IMG/VR virus record: IMGVR_UViG_3300027022_000012
Span: 1-54,755 of that record
DNA: 54,755 bases
From: a virus
Lineage: Duplodnaviria > Caudoviricetes
Reading direction: 5' to 3' (one strand)
Below the pieces are notes generated by a model. It did no database searches. It was not told where the DNA came from and was given only the letters and a program-made list of their open reading frames with translations. A program made the translations under genes and the position numbers. Below are positions 36,011 to 44,479 of the stretch, one piece after another. Within the stretch, counting starts at the first letter, position 1. Each line of letters starts with the position of its first letter.

Positions 36011-36460
36011 TTGTACGGCGATTTGGCGTCATGGCGGGCCTATGCAGCAGCACGGGGCGATAATGCTCCGACCGCAGCCGATGACGCGGATGCGACGGCG
36101 GCGCTTGTCCGCGCCTCCGATTACATCCGCTTCCGCTATGTCGCCAACCTACTGCCCGGCTATGACACGACGCTCCAGCCGACCGGCTACGACTATCCGC
36201 TCGTCGACGAGGCAACCTACATCGCGGCCAGCTATGAACTGGCAACACCGGGCTTCTTCTCGAAAACCTATACCGAGGCAGATCGGAAGGTTCTGACCGA
36301 GGTGAAGGGTATCAAGTGGACCGTGACCGGGAAGGGTGAAGGGATCTACGCGAACTCGCCCACGGCCACGCTGATAGAGGCGATGTTCGATCCTTACATC
36401 GAGGATGACAGCCCGCCGTATTTCGGCTTCAAGTCCGTGGGTCCGAAGTATGTCTGTTGA
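36011..36460 (+). CDS. Head-tail adaptor (DnaT-like domain)
   Basis: AYAAARG...AALVRASDYI motif. Confidence 0.7.
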   Translation: MYGDLASWRAYAAARGDNAPTAADDADATAALVRASDYIRFRYVANLLPGYDTTLQPTGYDYPLVDEATYIAASYELATPGFFSKTYTEADRKVLTEVKGIKWTVTGKGEGIYANSPTATLIEAMFDPYIEDDSPPYFGFKSVGPKYVC

Positions 36461-36848
36461 CTGGAATGCAATCGCTGCCGAGGTCCATGAAGCCTTGCTG
36501 TCGATAGGAGAGACCGACGACGGCTTCCCTGTCGCGCTTCAGGTTCCCGGTACACAGTCCGGATCGGATCTGGACCCGACATTCGATCCGCCAACCTATG
36601 TCGATCTTGTCGGACTTCAGGACGTTAAGCAGGTCAGGGACGGCTCCGGCACATTGGTGAAAGAGACCATGCGGACGATCCTCGTTTCGGCGACCACAGG
36701 AGTTGAGCCGAGCAAGGAGATGTCCGTTTCTGTGGGCGTGAAGTCCGCAGATATCGATAGCAATACGGTTTGGGAAGAAATCCTTGAGGTCAGGCCCCTG
36801 TCGCCGGCCGGTACCGCAGCGCTCTACGAGATCGATTTGAAGGACTGA
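36450..36848 (+). CDS. Head closure / head-tail joining protein
   Basis: C-terminal V.PLSPAGT..LY; position. Confidence 0.6.
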   Translation: MSVDWNAIAAEVHEALLSIGETDDGFPVALQVPGTQSGSDLDPTFDPPTYVDLVGLQDVKQVRDGSGTLVKETMRTILVSATTGVEPSKEMSVSVGVKSADIDSNTVWEEILEVRPLSPAGTAALYEIDLKD

Positions 36849-37876
36849 TGGCGTCCAACCGAGATCCATTCGAGGCCTTGACCGAAGAGTGGTCCGAGGA
36901 GCTGCAGGATGCTTTCCTTGAGGCCATCCAGGACATCCGCGACCGGAGCCGTATCAACGTCATCGCCGCGATGCTTGAGGCCGGTGACGTCGATGGGGCC
37001 CTTCGTGCCGTCGGCATCGACCCGCTGGACTTCCGCCACATGGATCGCCTGATCGGGGAACTGTTCAGTTCCGGAGGGGAAGCCTTCGCGCAAGATGTCG
37101 AGCGCCAGGCGCCGAAACGCAGCGCCGAAGGGTCGATTGTCCGGTTCCTCTTCGATGCTCGAAACCCGCGGGCGGAGACTTGGATACGCGAGCACGCTGG
37201 GCAACTGATCACAGGCCGTATTGTTCCCGACCAGATCGCAATGATCAGGAGCGTTCTGGAAGACGGGCTGTCTGCCGGCCGAAACCCAAAGACGATTGCA
37301 CTGGATCTTGTTGGCCGAAGGAGCAGAGTGACCGGTAAGCGCGAGGGAGGGCTCATAGGTCTCACCCAGCAGCAGGAGGAGTGGCAACGCTCCTACGCTT
37401 CAGAAATCGCCTCCACGAGCCCTGAAGCGCTGCGCAAGGCGCTCAAGAAGGGGTTGAGGGACAAAAGGTTCGACGCATCGGTGCGCAAGGCTATCCAGAG
37501 CGGAGAGCAGATACCGGCCGAGACCAGGACCAAGATGCTGTTGGCCTATCGCAACCGATCCCTGAAATACCGGGCGGAGACCATCGCGCGCACCGAGATT
37601 ATCCAGGCGCTTGGCCGGTCGCAGGTCGAAGTATGGGATCAGGCAATCGACCGCGGGCGGGTCGCGGTGCAAGACCTGATCAAGATACCGGTGTCCGTCA
37701 AAGACGAGCATGTCCGGCACAATCACCTAGAGGTAGAGCGCCTGAACAAGGATGGCGTCGGTTGGACGGAGTTCTATGCGGTGCCGGCCGGAATGGCTCC
37801 ACAACTTCACGCGCCGTATGACGAGCCGATGTGCCGTTGCCGAGAGCGGGTAAAGGTCAGGCGAAGGCTCACCTGA
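36848..37876 (+). CDS. Mu gpF-like minor head morphogenesis protein
   Basis: RAETIARTE, D..VR..H, CRC. Confidence 0.8.
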   Translation: MASNRDPFEALTEEWSEELQDAFLEAIQDIRDRSRINVIAAMLEAGDVDGALRAVGIDPLDFRHMDRLIGELFSSGGEAFAQDVERQAPKRSAEGSIVRFLFDARNPRAETWIREHAGQLITGRIVPDQIAMIRSVLEDGLSAGRNPKTIALDLVGRRSRVTGKREGGLIGLTQQQEEWQRSYASEIASTSPEALRKALKKGLRDKRFDASVRKAIQSGEQIPAETRTKMLLAYRNRSLKYRAETIARTEIIQALGRSQVEVWDQAIDRGRVAVQDLIKIPVSVKDEHVRHNHLEVERLNKDGVGWTEFYAVPAGMAPQLHAPYDEPMCRCRERVKVRRRLT

Positions 37877-38292
37877 TGGCGCGCACCCAGCTTGAGTTCG
37901 CCAGCATCGTGGATGCGTGGACCAAGAAGTCGAAGAAACGGCTGCTTTTCGTGTTTCAGCAGGCCACGAACTACACGTTCGACGAGGTCTACGACAACAC
38001 CCCGAAGGTGACAGGTTTCTTGGCGCAGTCCTTTGGTGGTTCTCTTCAGGATGTGCCGAAGATGAATCCCGGGGCGACAGGGTTTGAGGATTTCTCACTC
38101 GACGTCCAGCCCTACGAGTTGATCATCAACGAGGCTCAGATCGGCGACACGATTTACGGCGGCTTCGTCGCTGCTTATGCCCGCCGTCGTGAATACGAGG
38201 GCAGGAGCGCCGGCTTTGTTCGCAGGTCCGCCCAGAACTGGCGGGTGAACGTCGAGCGCGCGGTCAGGGACGCGAAGGCGGCGGTGCAGTAG
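37876..38292 (+). CDS. HK97 gp10-like tail completion protein
   Basis: TPKVTGFL..S, AAYARRREY, FVR.SAQNW. Confidence 0.7.
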   Translation: MARTQLEFASIVDAWTKKSKKRLLFVFQQATNYTFDEVYDNTPKVTGFLAQSFGGSLQDVPKMNPGATGFEDFSLDVQPYELIINEAQIGDTIYGGFVAAYARRREYEGRSAGFVRRSAQNWRVNVERAVRDAKAAVQ

Positions 38293-38479
38293 GGTCGTCG
38301 GTCTCGGTCTCAGCGGCCAACACCAATCCGGTCATCAGCAGGTGAAGCATCTTCTCTCCGGCCCGCAAGGCAGTCTCGGAGCGGGCCGTAGCACCTGTCC
38401 GGCTGGCGAGCATGGCCTTAGCCTCATGCAGAGCGTCGTGGGCCTCGTTATCAGAAAGCGGCTGCTCCGGCGGCTTCAA
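38264..38479 (-). CDS. Small antisense-oriented hypothetical protein
   Basis: Fills gap between tail genes; AAGGA upstream. Confidence 0.4.
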   Translation of the reverse strand: MKPPEQPLSDNEAHDALHEAKAMLASRTGATARSETALRAGEKMLHLLMTGLVLAAETETDDPTAPPPSRP

Positions 38480-38494
38480 GGGGGAGTTATCCTT

Positions 38495-38740
38495 ATGCGG
38501 CTATCGGTTCATGAAGGCGATCCAGGGTTTCTACCATATCGCCAACTTTGCCGTGATGGAAAAAAGCCGCTCATTTTTTTGAACGGACAGGCAATGGAGA
38601 GTGTCGTGACCGCCGATGAGGAGCGTGGGTTTGTCACCTTCATTAAAAGGGACATGGCTGGGCAATTCATGCTGGAAGACGATGAGGTCGCGACAGATAT
38701 TGCTTACGGCACCGTCAAAATCGTGACCGAGGACGCCTGA
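38495..38740 (+). CDS. Hypothetical phage protein
   Basis: GGAG SD; DPG...LNG....V.TADEE.G.V. Confidence 0.6.
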   Translation: MRLSVHEGDPGFLPYRQLCRDGKKPLIFLNGQAMESVVTADEERGFVTFIKRDMAGQFMLEDDEVATDIAYGTVKIVTEDA

Positions 38741-38742
38741 CC

Positions 38743-39180
38743 ATGGCAACGAGCATTGACGGCAAGATCCTGGAGACGCTGCATGCTCACCTGAAGACGC
38801 TGACATTCACGCCGGTGCTGCAGATTGCGGTACCAGACGTCGATTTCCCCAAATCGGAGCAGAGCAAACCGGCGAACTTCCTCGAGGAGATGTTCCTGCC
38901 GAACCAGACCAACCAGGTAACCCGAGGCAGTGAGCCGCAACAGCACCGCGGCATCTTCCAAGTCACGGTCCTCTGGAAGTCTGGGCAAGGTGTCATCAAG
39001 GCCTTGGACACGGCCGGGCTGATCATTGAGCACTTCAAAGATCAGGTTCTGTTTTCCGATGACGGAACAGTGCGGGTGACCATCGACCGGGAGCCGTGGG
39101 CATCTCCAAAGATCCCGGACGGTGATCGGACCCGCTGGCCCGTCAGCATCCGATATCACGCCTTCGAGAGTGAAGGATAA
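38743..39180 (+). CDS. Tail terminator protein (DUF4128-like)
   Basis: GIFQVTV....G.G, HF, PVSIRY; upstream of tail tube. Confidence 0.7.
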   Translation: MATSIDGKILETLHAHLKTLTFTPVLQIAVPDVDFPKSEQSKPANFLEEMFLPNQTNQVTRGSEPQQHRGIFQVTVLWKSGQGVIKALDTAGLIIEHFKDQVLFSDDGTVRVTIDREPWASPKIPDGDRTRWPVSIRYHAFESEG

Positions 39181-39182
39181 CC

Positions 39183-39204
39183 AGGTCGCAGCAGCGGCCT
39201 TTTT
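39183..39204 (+). terminator. Hairpin/terminator before major tail gene
   Basis: AGGTCGC/GCGGCCT stem plus T tract. Confidence 0.4.
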
Positions 39205-39234
39205 CATGCGCAGAGGTAGAAGGAATTCTTTGCA

Positions 39235-40002
39235 ATGGCAAACAAGGTAACGAAGAAGGGAGCCAAGTGGTTCGTCTGCGCCGTTGCGCAGAATGTCGAC
39301 CTCACCGAGGCGATGTACCGGCAACTCCCGTGGGTGGAGGTTAGCAACGTCGGCACCGACGGTGACTTCGGTCCAAACTCGAGCTTTCAAACCTACAACA
39401 CTCTGGCCGAACGGATCTCGAACAAGCAAAAGGGTTCCGCCGACGCCGGCGAGCCCACGCTGGAATATGCCGACGTCTACGACGACGACGGGCAGGCCAT
39501 CTTGAAGACGTTCGGTGATCCGAACAATCTCGATAACATGGCGATCTGCTATCAGAAGAACAATGCGCCTTTGACCACCATGACCAAGACCGTGCACTAC
39601 TCTCGTGGTGTCGTCTCCGGCCCGGTCAATCTCGGCGGCGGCACCGATGACTTCGAGCGCAGGCGGGTCAACATCGGCCTCAACCAGGTTCCTGTCGAGC
39701 AGGTTCCGACCACGGGCGCTGTCCCGACGAACGTCGCCGTTCCCACCATCACCGGCACCGCTCAGGAGGGGGAAACCCTGACCGCAAGCGATGGCACTTG
39801 GGATTCTCTCGATCCCGGGGTGAGCTATTCCTATCAGTGGAAAGCAGATGCCGCAGATATCGCCGATGCAACGGAAAGCACTTACGTGCTTACGGGCTCT
39901 GAAGTCGGCGCTGTCATCACGGTGCAAGTCGTCGCAACTAACGCCTTTGGTGACAGTACCGGGGCTGTTTCTGCTGCCACCGCAACCGTCGTTGCTGCAT
40001 AA
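39235..40002 (+). CDS. Major tail tube protein with C-terminal Ig-like domain
   Basis: KQKG.ADAG, D.GQ.IL; PTITGTAQEGETLTAS..YSYQW. Confidence 0.8.
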   Translation: MANKVTKKGAKWFVCAVAQNVDLTEAMYRQLPWVEVSNVGTDGDFGPNSSFQTYNTLAERISNKQKGSADAGEPTLEYADVYDDDGQAILKTFGDPNNLDNMAICYQKNNAPLTTMTKTVHYSRGVVSGPVNLGGGTDDFERRRVNIGLNQVPVEQVPTTGAVPTNVAVPTITGTAQEGETLTASDGTWDSLDPGVSYSYQWKADAADIADATESTYVLTGSEVGAVITVQVVATNAFGDSTGAVSAATATVVAA

Positions 40003-40013
40003 GGGATTCCCAG

Positions 40014-40397
40014 ATGGAAATCACCCAACTCTACGATACCGAAGCGCTTTTCCCACTTGATCTGGTGCGGCCGGATACTGGCGTGAAGATCGGGATCCGG
40101 TTCATGATCCGGTCTTCCTCAAGCCAGGAAGCGAAGAAGCTGCAGAAGCAGCAAACCAGCCGGTTCATCGAACGCCATCAGAAAGGCAAGCTGCTGCATG
40201 GTGACAAGGCCATCCAACAAGAACTGGAGAAAGCCGCCTCCTATATCGCTTCCTGGGATTGGGGCGAGAACACATTTCACGGTGAGGTTCCGGAACTCTC
40301 CATGCAAACCGCCATGGAAGTCCTCGACGAGATCGACTGGTTCTTTCCGCAGGTGGTAGAGGCGGCAGGTGAACTCGGAAATTTTACGAAGAAATAA
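40014..40397 (+). CDS. Tail assembly chaperone (gpG-like)
   Basis: Between tail tube and tape measure; ends at slippery site. Confidence 0.75.
   Translation: MEITQLYDTEALFPLDLVRPDTGVKIGIRFMIRSSSSQEAKKLQKQQTSRFIERHQKGKLLHGDKAIQQELEKAASYIASWDWGENTFHGEVPELSMQTAMEVLDEIDWFFPQVVEAAGELGNFTKK
40379..40385 (+). other. Programmed -1 frameshift site A AAT TTT
   Basis: X XXY YYZ heptamer in frame; -1 frame is open and in frame with ATG 40406. Confidence 0.8.
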
Positions 40398-40405
40398 GGG
40401 AGGCG

Positions 40406-40768
40406 ATGTACCAGGCGGTCGCTCAGATCGCCCGGTACGAAACCCCTGACCACACGGGCGAAACCCGACGTGAGATGAATGAGCGCTTCGGGATGGAGAA
40501 CAAGACACCGGATCCGGTCCACCCTGATCCGGATTGGCTCCATCTCTGGGAGTGGTTCTGTGACCTCTCATCAGCCCGCCAGTACGGTTCCGGCGGCCCG
40601 ATGCCGCTCTCCTATTCCGAAATCAGGGCGTGGATGGAACTGACCGGTGAGCCGGTTCAGCAAGCGGAAGTGATCATCCTTAAGGCCGTGGACCGGGCCT
40701 ACCTCGAAGCCTTGTCAGAGGAATTCACAGCGCAAGAGCTGCGCCGCAGAGAAACGGAGAAGCGTTAA
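40406..40768 (+). CDS. Tail assembly chaperone (gpT-like)
   Basis: W.WF.DLS..RQ.G..GPMPLSYSEI.AW...D.AYL. Confidence 0.75.
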   Translation: MYQAVAQIARYETPDHTGETRREMNERFGMENKTPDPVHPDPDWLHLWEWFCDLSSARQYGSGGPMPLSYSEIRAWMELTGEPVQQAEVIILKAVDRAYLEALSEEFTAQELRRRETEKR

Positions 40769-42739
40769 ATGGCTGGATTGGACGTTGCCGAGCTTGGCCT
40801 GGCCGTAGACAGCGGACCGGTGGAGAAGGGCGCGCAATCCCTCGACCGTCTGTCGGCATCCGCTCGCAATGCAGCGCAAGCAGCGCTGAACCATGCGAAG
40901 GCGGAGCAGGCGAAGTCCGCCGCCGCGCTTGCCGCTGCCCGGGCATCTGAAACCGCTTCCCGAGCCGACATCAAGGCCGCGCAGGCCGCACTCAGCAATG
41001 CCAAGGCCGCAACAGCGCAGGCTCGTGCACTGTTCGAGTCTGAGAAGGCCGCATATGCAAGCGCAAAAGCGGTTCAGACAGCGGCAGCATCGTCAAGGGT
41101 GGCAAACGACAACGTTCGATCGATGGGGCTCGGTTTGGGCGGGATCGCGGCTCAATGGCAAGACACCTTCGTCCAAGCGTCTTTGGGGATGAACTCATTG
41201 ATGATCGGCATGCAGCAGGGCACGCAGATGGCGGGTCAGTTTGCGATGGGCATGCGTAGCGGTCAAAGCTTTACGAGCCTTCTCGCGGAATCCGTCACTT
41301 CGCTGCTATCTCCGCTTTCGCTGTTGACGATAGCAGGTGTTACCGTCGTGGCGCAGCTGGCTCAGATGGTGAACTGGGGCAAATTGGCGGCATCGATCTT
41401 GAACACCATCGCAGACATACTGCCAAATGTGGCCCAAGAGGCTGCGATTGCAGGTTCGGTGCTGATCATTGCCTTCGGGCCGGCGATCGTTCGTAGTGTG
41501 ATCATGCTTTCCCGAGCTTTGCTGGTGAACCTGGTCGGGGCGCTTCGAGCCGTGGCTGCAGCGGCACTCGCAAATCCCTTCGCAGCGATCATCACCGGCA
41601 TCGCGCTGGCTGTGACTGCACTTTATGTCTTCAGAGATGAGGTCAAGGCTGCGGTCGGTGTCGATGTTATTGGCATCATCAAAGACGGTACCAACCTGAT
41701 CATCGGCAGCTTCGTGGGAGCATTCGAGGCCATAGAGGCGGTTTGGTCCAAGCTACCAGGCGTCCTTGGCGACATCGTCTACAGCACAGCGAATGCCGTG
41801 ATCGCTGGCATCGAAACGATGGTCAACAAGGCGATCCAGGCGATGAGGAGCCTCTTCAGCGTTCTCACAGGGCTTCCGGGACCGCTTCAGAACGCCTTGT
41901 TCGGATCAAGGCTCATTCTCGAAAACATCGGAGAGGTCAATCTCGGCAGGATCGAGAACCCATATGCAGGCGCCGTAGGGAATGCTGCGACCGATGCATA
42001 CGGCGCTTTCCAGAATGCCCAAGGCTTCGACTATGTCGGCAAGATCGGATCAGCGATCGGAAACGCCGCATCTGCTGGCGCGGCGAAGCTGAAGGAGCTG
42101 GCCGCTGCCGCGACAAGCGCAGGCGATGCAGCCGACAAGGCGGGGAAGAAGGGCAAGAAGTCCATCGACAAGTACGCCGAGGCTGTCGAGAACGCGAAGC
42201 AATCGCTCGGCCAGGGCCTCGGCGGTGTGCTCCAAGGACTCTTGAACAAAACGCTGACCTGGAAGGAAGCACTGCTGCAGGTTCTCCGGTCCGCGCTGAG
42301 TTACTTCGACCAAATGGCGAAAATCGGCGGGCAGGGTGGATTGTTCGGCGGTGGGATCTTCGGCGGATTGGTCAAAGGTCTGATCGGGTTTTCGCGCGGC
42401 GGTGTTTTTTCCGGCGGAAATGTAGTGCCTTTCGCTTCCGGTGGTGTCGTTAGCGGGCCGACCCTGTTTCCGATGGCCGGAGGACGGACGGGATTGATGG
42501 GTGAGGCAGGCGACGAGGCCATCATGCCGCTGAAACGCGGCCGTGACGGTCGTCTGGGAGTTGCTGCCGCGAATTCCAATCAGCCGATGATTGTCAACTT
42601 CGAAACGAACATCGACGCGACTGGAGCTGACAGAGCGGCGCTGGAGAGAGTTGTGGCTCGGCAGGACGAAATGGAAAAAGGCCTGTCAAAGAAGATCAGC
42701 CAGACAGTAGGGCAGCAACGCACAAGGAATGTGGTCTGA
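40769..42739 (+). CDS. Tail tape measure protein
   Basis: Ala-rich 656 aa; QQG.Q; lambda-type C-terminus FASGGVV..PT.F...GLMGEAG.EAIMPL. Confidence 0.92.
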   Translation: MAGLDVAELGLAVDSGPVEKGAQSLDRLSASARNAAQAALNHAKAEQAKSAAALAAARASETASRADIKAAQAALSNAKAATAQARALFESEKAAYASAKAVQTAAASSRVANDNVRSMGLGLGGIAAQWQDTFVQASLGMNSLMIGMQQGTQMAGQFAMGMRSGQSFTSLLAESVTSLLSPLSLLTIAGVTVVAQLAQMVNWGKLAASILNTIADILPNVAQEAAIAGSVLIIAFGPAIVRSVIMLSRALLVNLVGALRAVAAAALANPFAAIITGIALAVTALYVFRDEVKAAVGVDVIGIIKDGTNLIIGSFVGAFEAIEAVWSKLPGVLGDIVYSTANAVIAGIETMVNKAIQAMRSLFSVLTGLPGPLQNALFGSRLILENIGEVNLGRIENPYAGAVGNAATDAYGAFQNAQGFDYVGKIGSAIGNAASAGAAKLKELAAAATSAGDAADKAGKKGKKSIDKYAEAVENAKQSLGQGLGGVLQGLLNKTLTWKEALLQVLRSALSYFDQMAKIGGQGGLFGGGIFGGLVKGLIGFSRGGVFSGGNVVPFASGGVVSGPTLFPMAGGRTGLMGEAGDEAIMPLKRGRDGRLGVAAANSNQPMIVNFETNIDATGADRAALERVVARQDEMEKGLSKKISQTVGQQRTRNVV

Positions 42740-43470
42740 TGCGGATGGTTGATTTCCCGGTCGATCTCCCGTTTTCAGTCCTGACACCAGACGGTGGGCC
42801 CGACATCATTGGCATCACGCAAAGTGCGACGAAGAAACAGCAAACCTCCATAGATCCGTGGGCCGGTCTGTGGTCGTTCACTCTCGAAATCGCGGCGTTG
42901 CAGGAAGCGGCTGCGCGAGCGTTCACCAGGTTGTCTATCTCGGCGCATTCAGGAGCAAACTGCTTCCGGCTCCCGTTCTTCGACCCTCATGAGCCTACAT
43001 GGTCCGAACTCGGTCTCAACGTCGGAGAAGCGAAGATTGACCAGTATCAGAACTGGACCAACGATACGATGTGGGCGCACGGCTTGCCTTGGGGCACCGG
43101 AAAACCTTTGGCCCAAATCACGGCTGCCAGCGCAAAAGACTCTGGTCAAATTTCGATTGATCTCTCCGCATGGAGCGGTGTGTTGCCGACGTTCTTCGGG
43201 ATTGTCGGTCACTTCGCGGTCTATGGCGTGCAAGGAGCAAGGTTCGCCGGAGATATCGCAACGGTAAAGGTCTGGCCTCCTGTCAGAAAGGCGATCACGG
43301 TATCCGACTATGCCACCCTACGACCGGTCATGTGCGCGAAGGTTGATGGGAAGAACGGTGCTTCATGGTCCAGCGTTGGGCGCTCCAAGACGCTGGAAGG
43401 AGCCCGACTATCGGTGATCGAGGTGCCTGACGAAACAGTTCGGGAATACGTGACCGAGGATTATCCGTAA
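42739..43470 (+). CDS. Distal tail protein-like
   Basis: Follows tape measure; WPPVRKA motif. Confidence 0.55.
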   Translation: MRMVDFPVDLPFSVLTPDGGPDIIGITQSATKKQQTSIDPWAGLWSFTLEIAALQEAAARAFTRLSISAHSGANCFRLPFFDPHEPTWSELGLNVGEAKIDQYQNWTNDTMWAHGLPWGTGKPLAQITAASAKDSGQISIDLSAWSGVLPTFFGIVGHFAVYGVQGARFAGDIATVKVWPPVRKAITVSDYATLRPVMCAKVDGKNGASWSSVGRSKTLEGARLSVIEVPDETVREYVTEDYP

Positions 43471-44070
43471 GTGGCTGATATCGGAGTATTCCCGGAGGAA
43501 CTGAAGCCTTACCTCAGGGCGCCAACAACTGCTTACGCCATTCTCGCTGAATTTGAATTTGGGGATGGCGAAGGCGGGACGATCATCAGACGGTTTCATC
43601 GTGGTGTGGGAACCATCACTGCCGGCGGCAAGAAATGGGAGGGCGTCACCGATCCTGATAAGACACGGGTCGTCAGCATTGGCGCCGTCGAACTGCCAAC
43701 AGTGAAATCCGCATCGAAGGTCGACATTACGCTCGCTGGCTTGGACAAGGAGTTTCTTTCAGCCCTTCGCCAAGAGATCAGCGTCATCTACGGAGCGCCG
43801 GCCGAGCTCTATTTGCAAGTCTACAATCACGATACCTACGAGACCATTTCCGAGCCTGTTCTCTGGTTCGACAATGGCGTGTGTGGAATGCCGACGATCA
43901 CGGCCAACGCCAAAGGCGAAAGGTCAATCGTGATCGTTATCGACGGAATCCTTGCGGCGAAGAACTTTCCGCCAGGCGGACGGATGAACGACGCAAACCA
44001 AAAAGCCAGATACCCGGATGATCGGGGGGCGGAATTGATCGGCTCGACGGCCTACGAAATTATCAGGTGA
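43471..44070 (+). CDS. Minor tail protein
   Basis: G.GTI..GG..WEG, Q.ARYP.D.G. Confidence 0.6.
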   Translation: MADIGVFPEELKPYLRAPTTAYAILAEFEFGDGEGGTIIRRFHRGVGTITAGGKKWEGVTDPDKTRVVSIGAVELPTVKSASKVDITLAGLDKEFLSALRQEISVIYGAPAELYLQVYNHDTYETISEPVLWFDNGVCGMPTITANAKGERSIVIVIDGILAAKNFPPGGRMNDANQKARYPDDRGAELIGSTAYEIIR

Positions 44071-44071
44071 C

Positions 44072-44479
44072 ATGCCAGACAAGTTGACCTCTTTCATCAC
44101 CGGCACTGCCGGCGAACCCTGGCGCTTGCGCTTCTCTGACTGCGCGCCTTGGGCCTGCAGGTGGATCGAAGTCGCGATCGGTGTGGAAGTTCCGCTGCCG
44201 GAGTATTCGACCCAGCGCGAAGCAGTGGCCGTGCTCCGGAACCATGGTGGGCTCAAGAGTCTTGCAACCATGATCGGGAAACAGATCGGGCTTGAAGAAA
44301 CGCTTGCCCCACGGCGCGGCGACGTCGGGCTGATTCAGAACAAGTTGGTGATGGGGGGAGTAATCCTTGCCATCTGCCTTGGCTCCGGAAAGTGGGCCGC
44401 TCGCGTAGCTCTCACCTCGCAGAATGCAACGATCTCTGGTCCTGTTCTTAAAGCTTGGAGTGTGCCGTGGCCGGTGTGA
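44072..44479 (+). CDS. NlpC/P60-like tail assembly protein (DUF6950-like)
   Basis: SDC..W...W, RGDVG, AIC.G..W, AW. Confidence 0.65.
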   Translation: MPDKLTSFITGTAGEPWRLRFSDCAPWACRWIEVAIGVEVPLPEYSTQREAVAVLRNHGGLKSLATMIGKQIGLEETLAPRRGDVGLIQNKLVMGGVILAICLGSGKWAARVALTSQNATISGPVLKAWSVPWPV

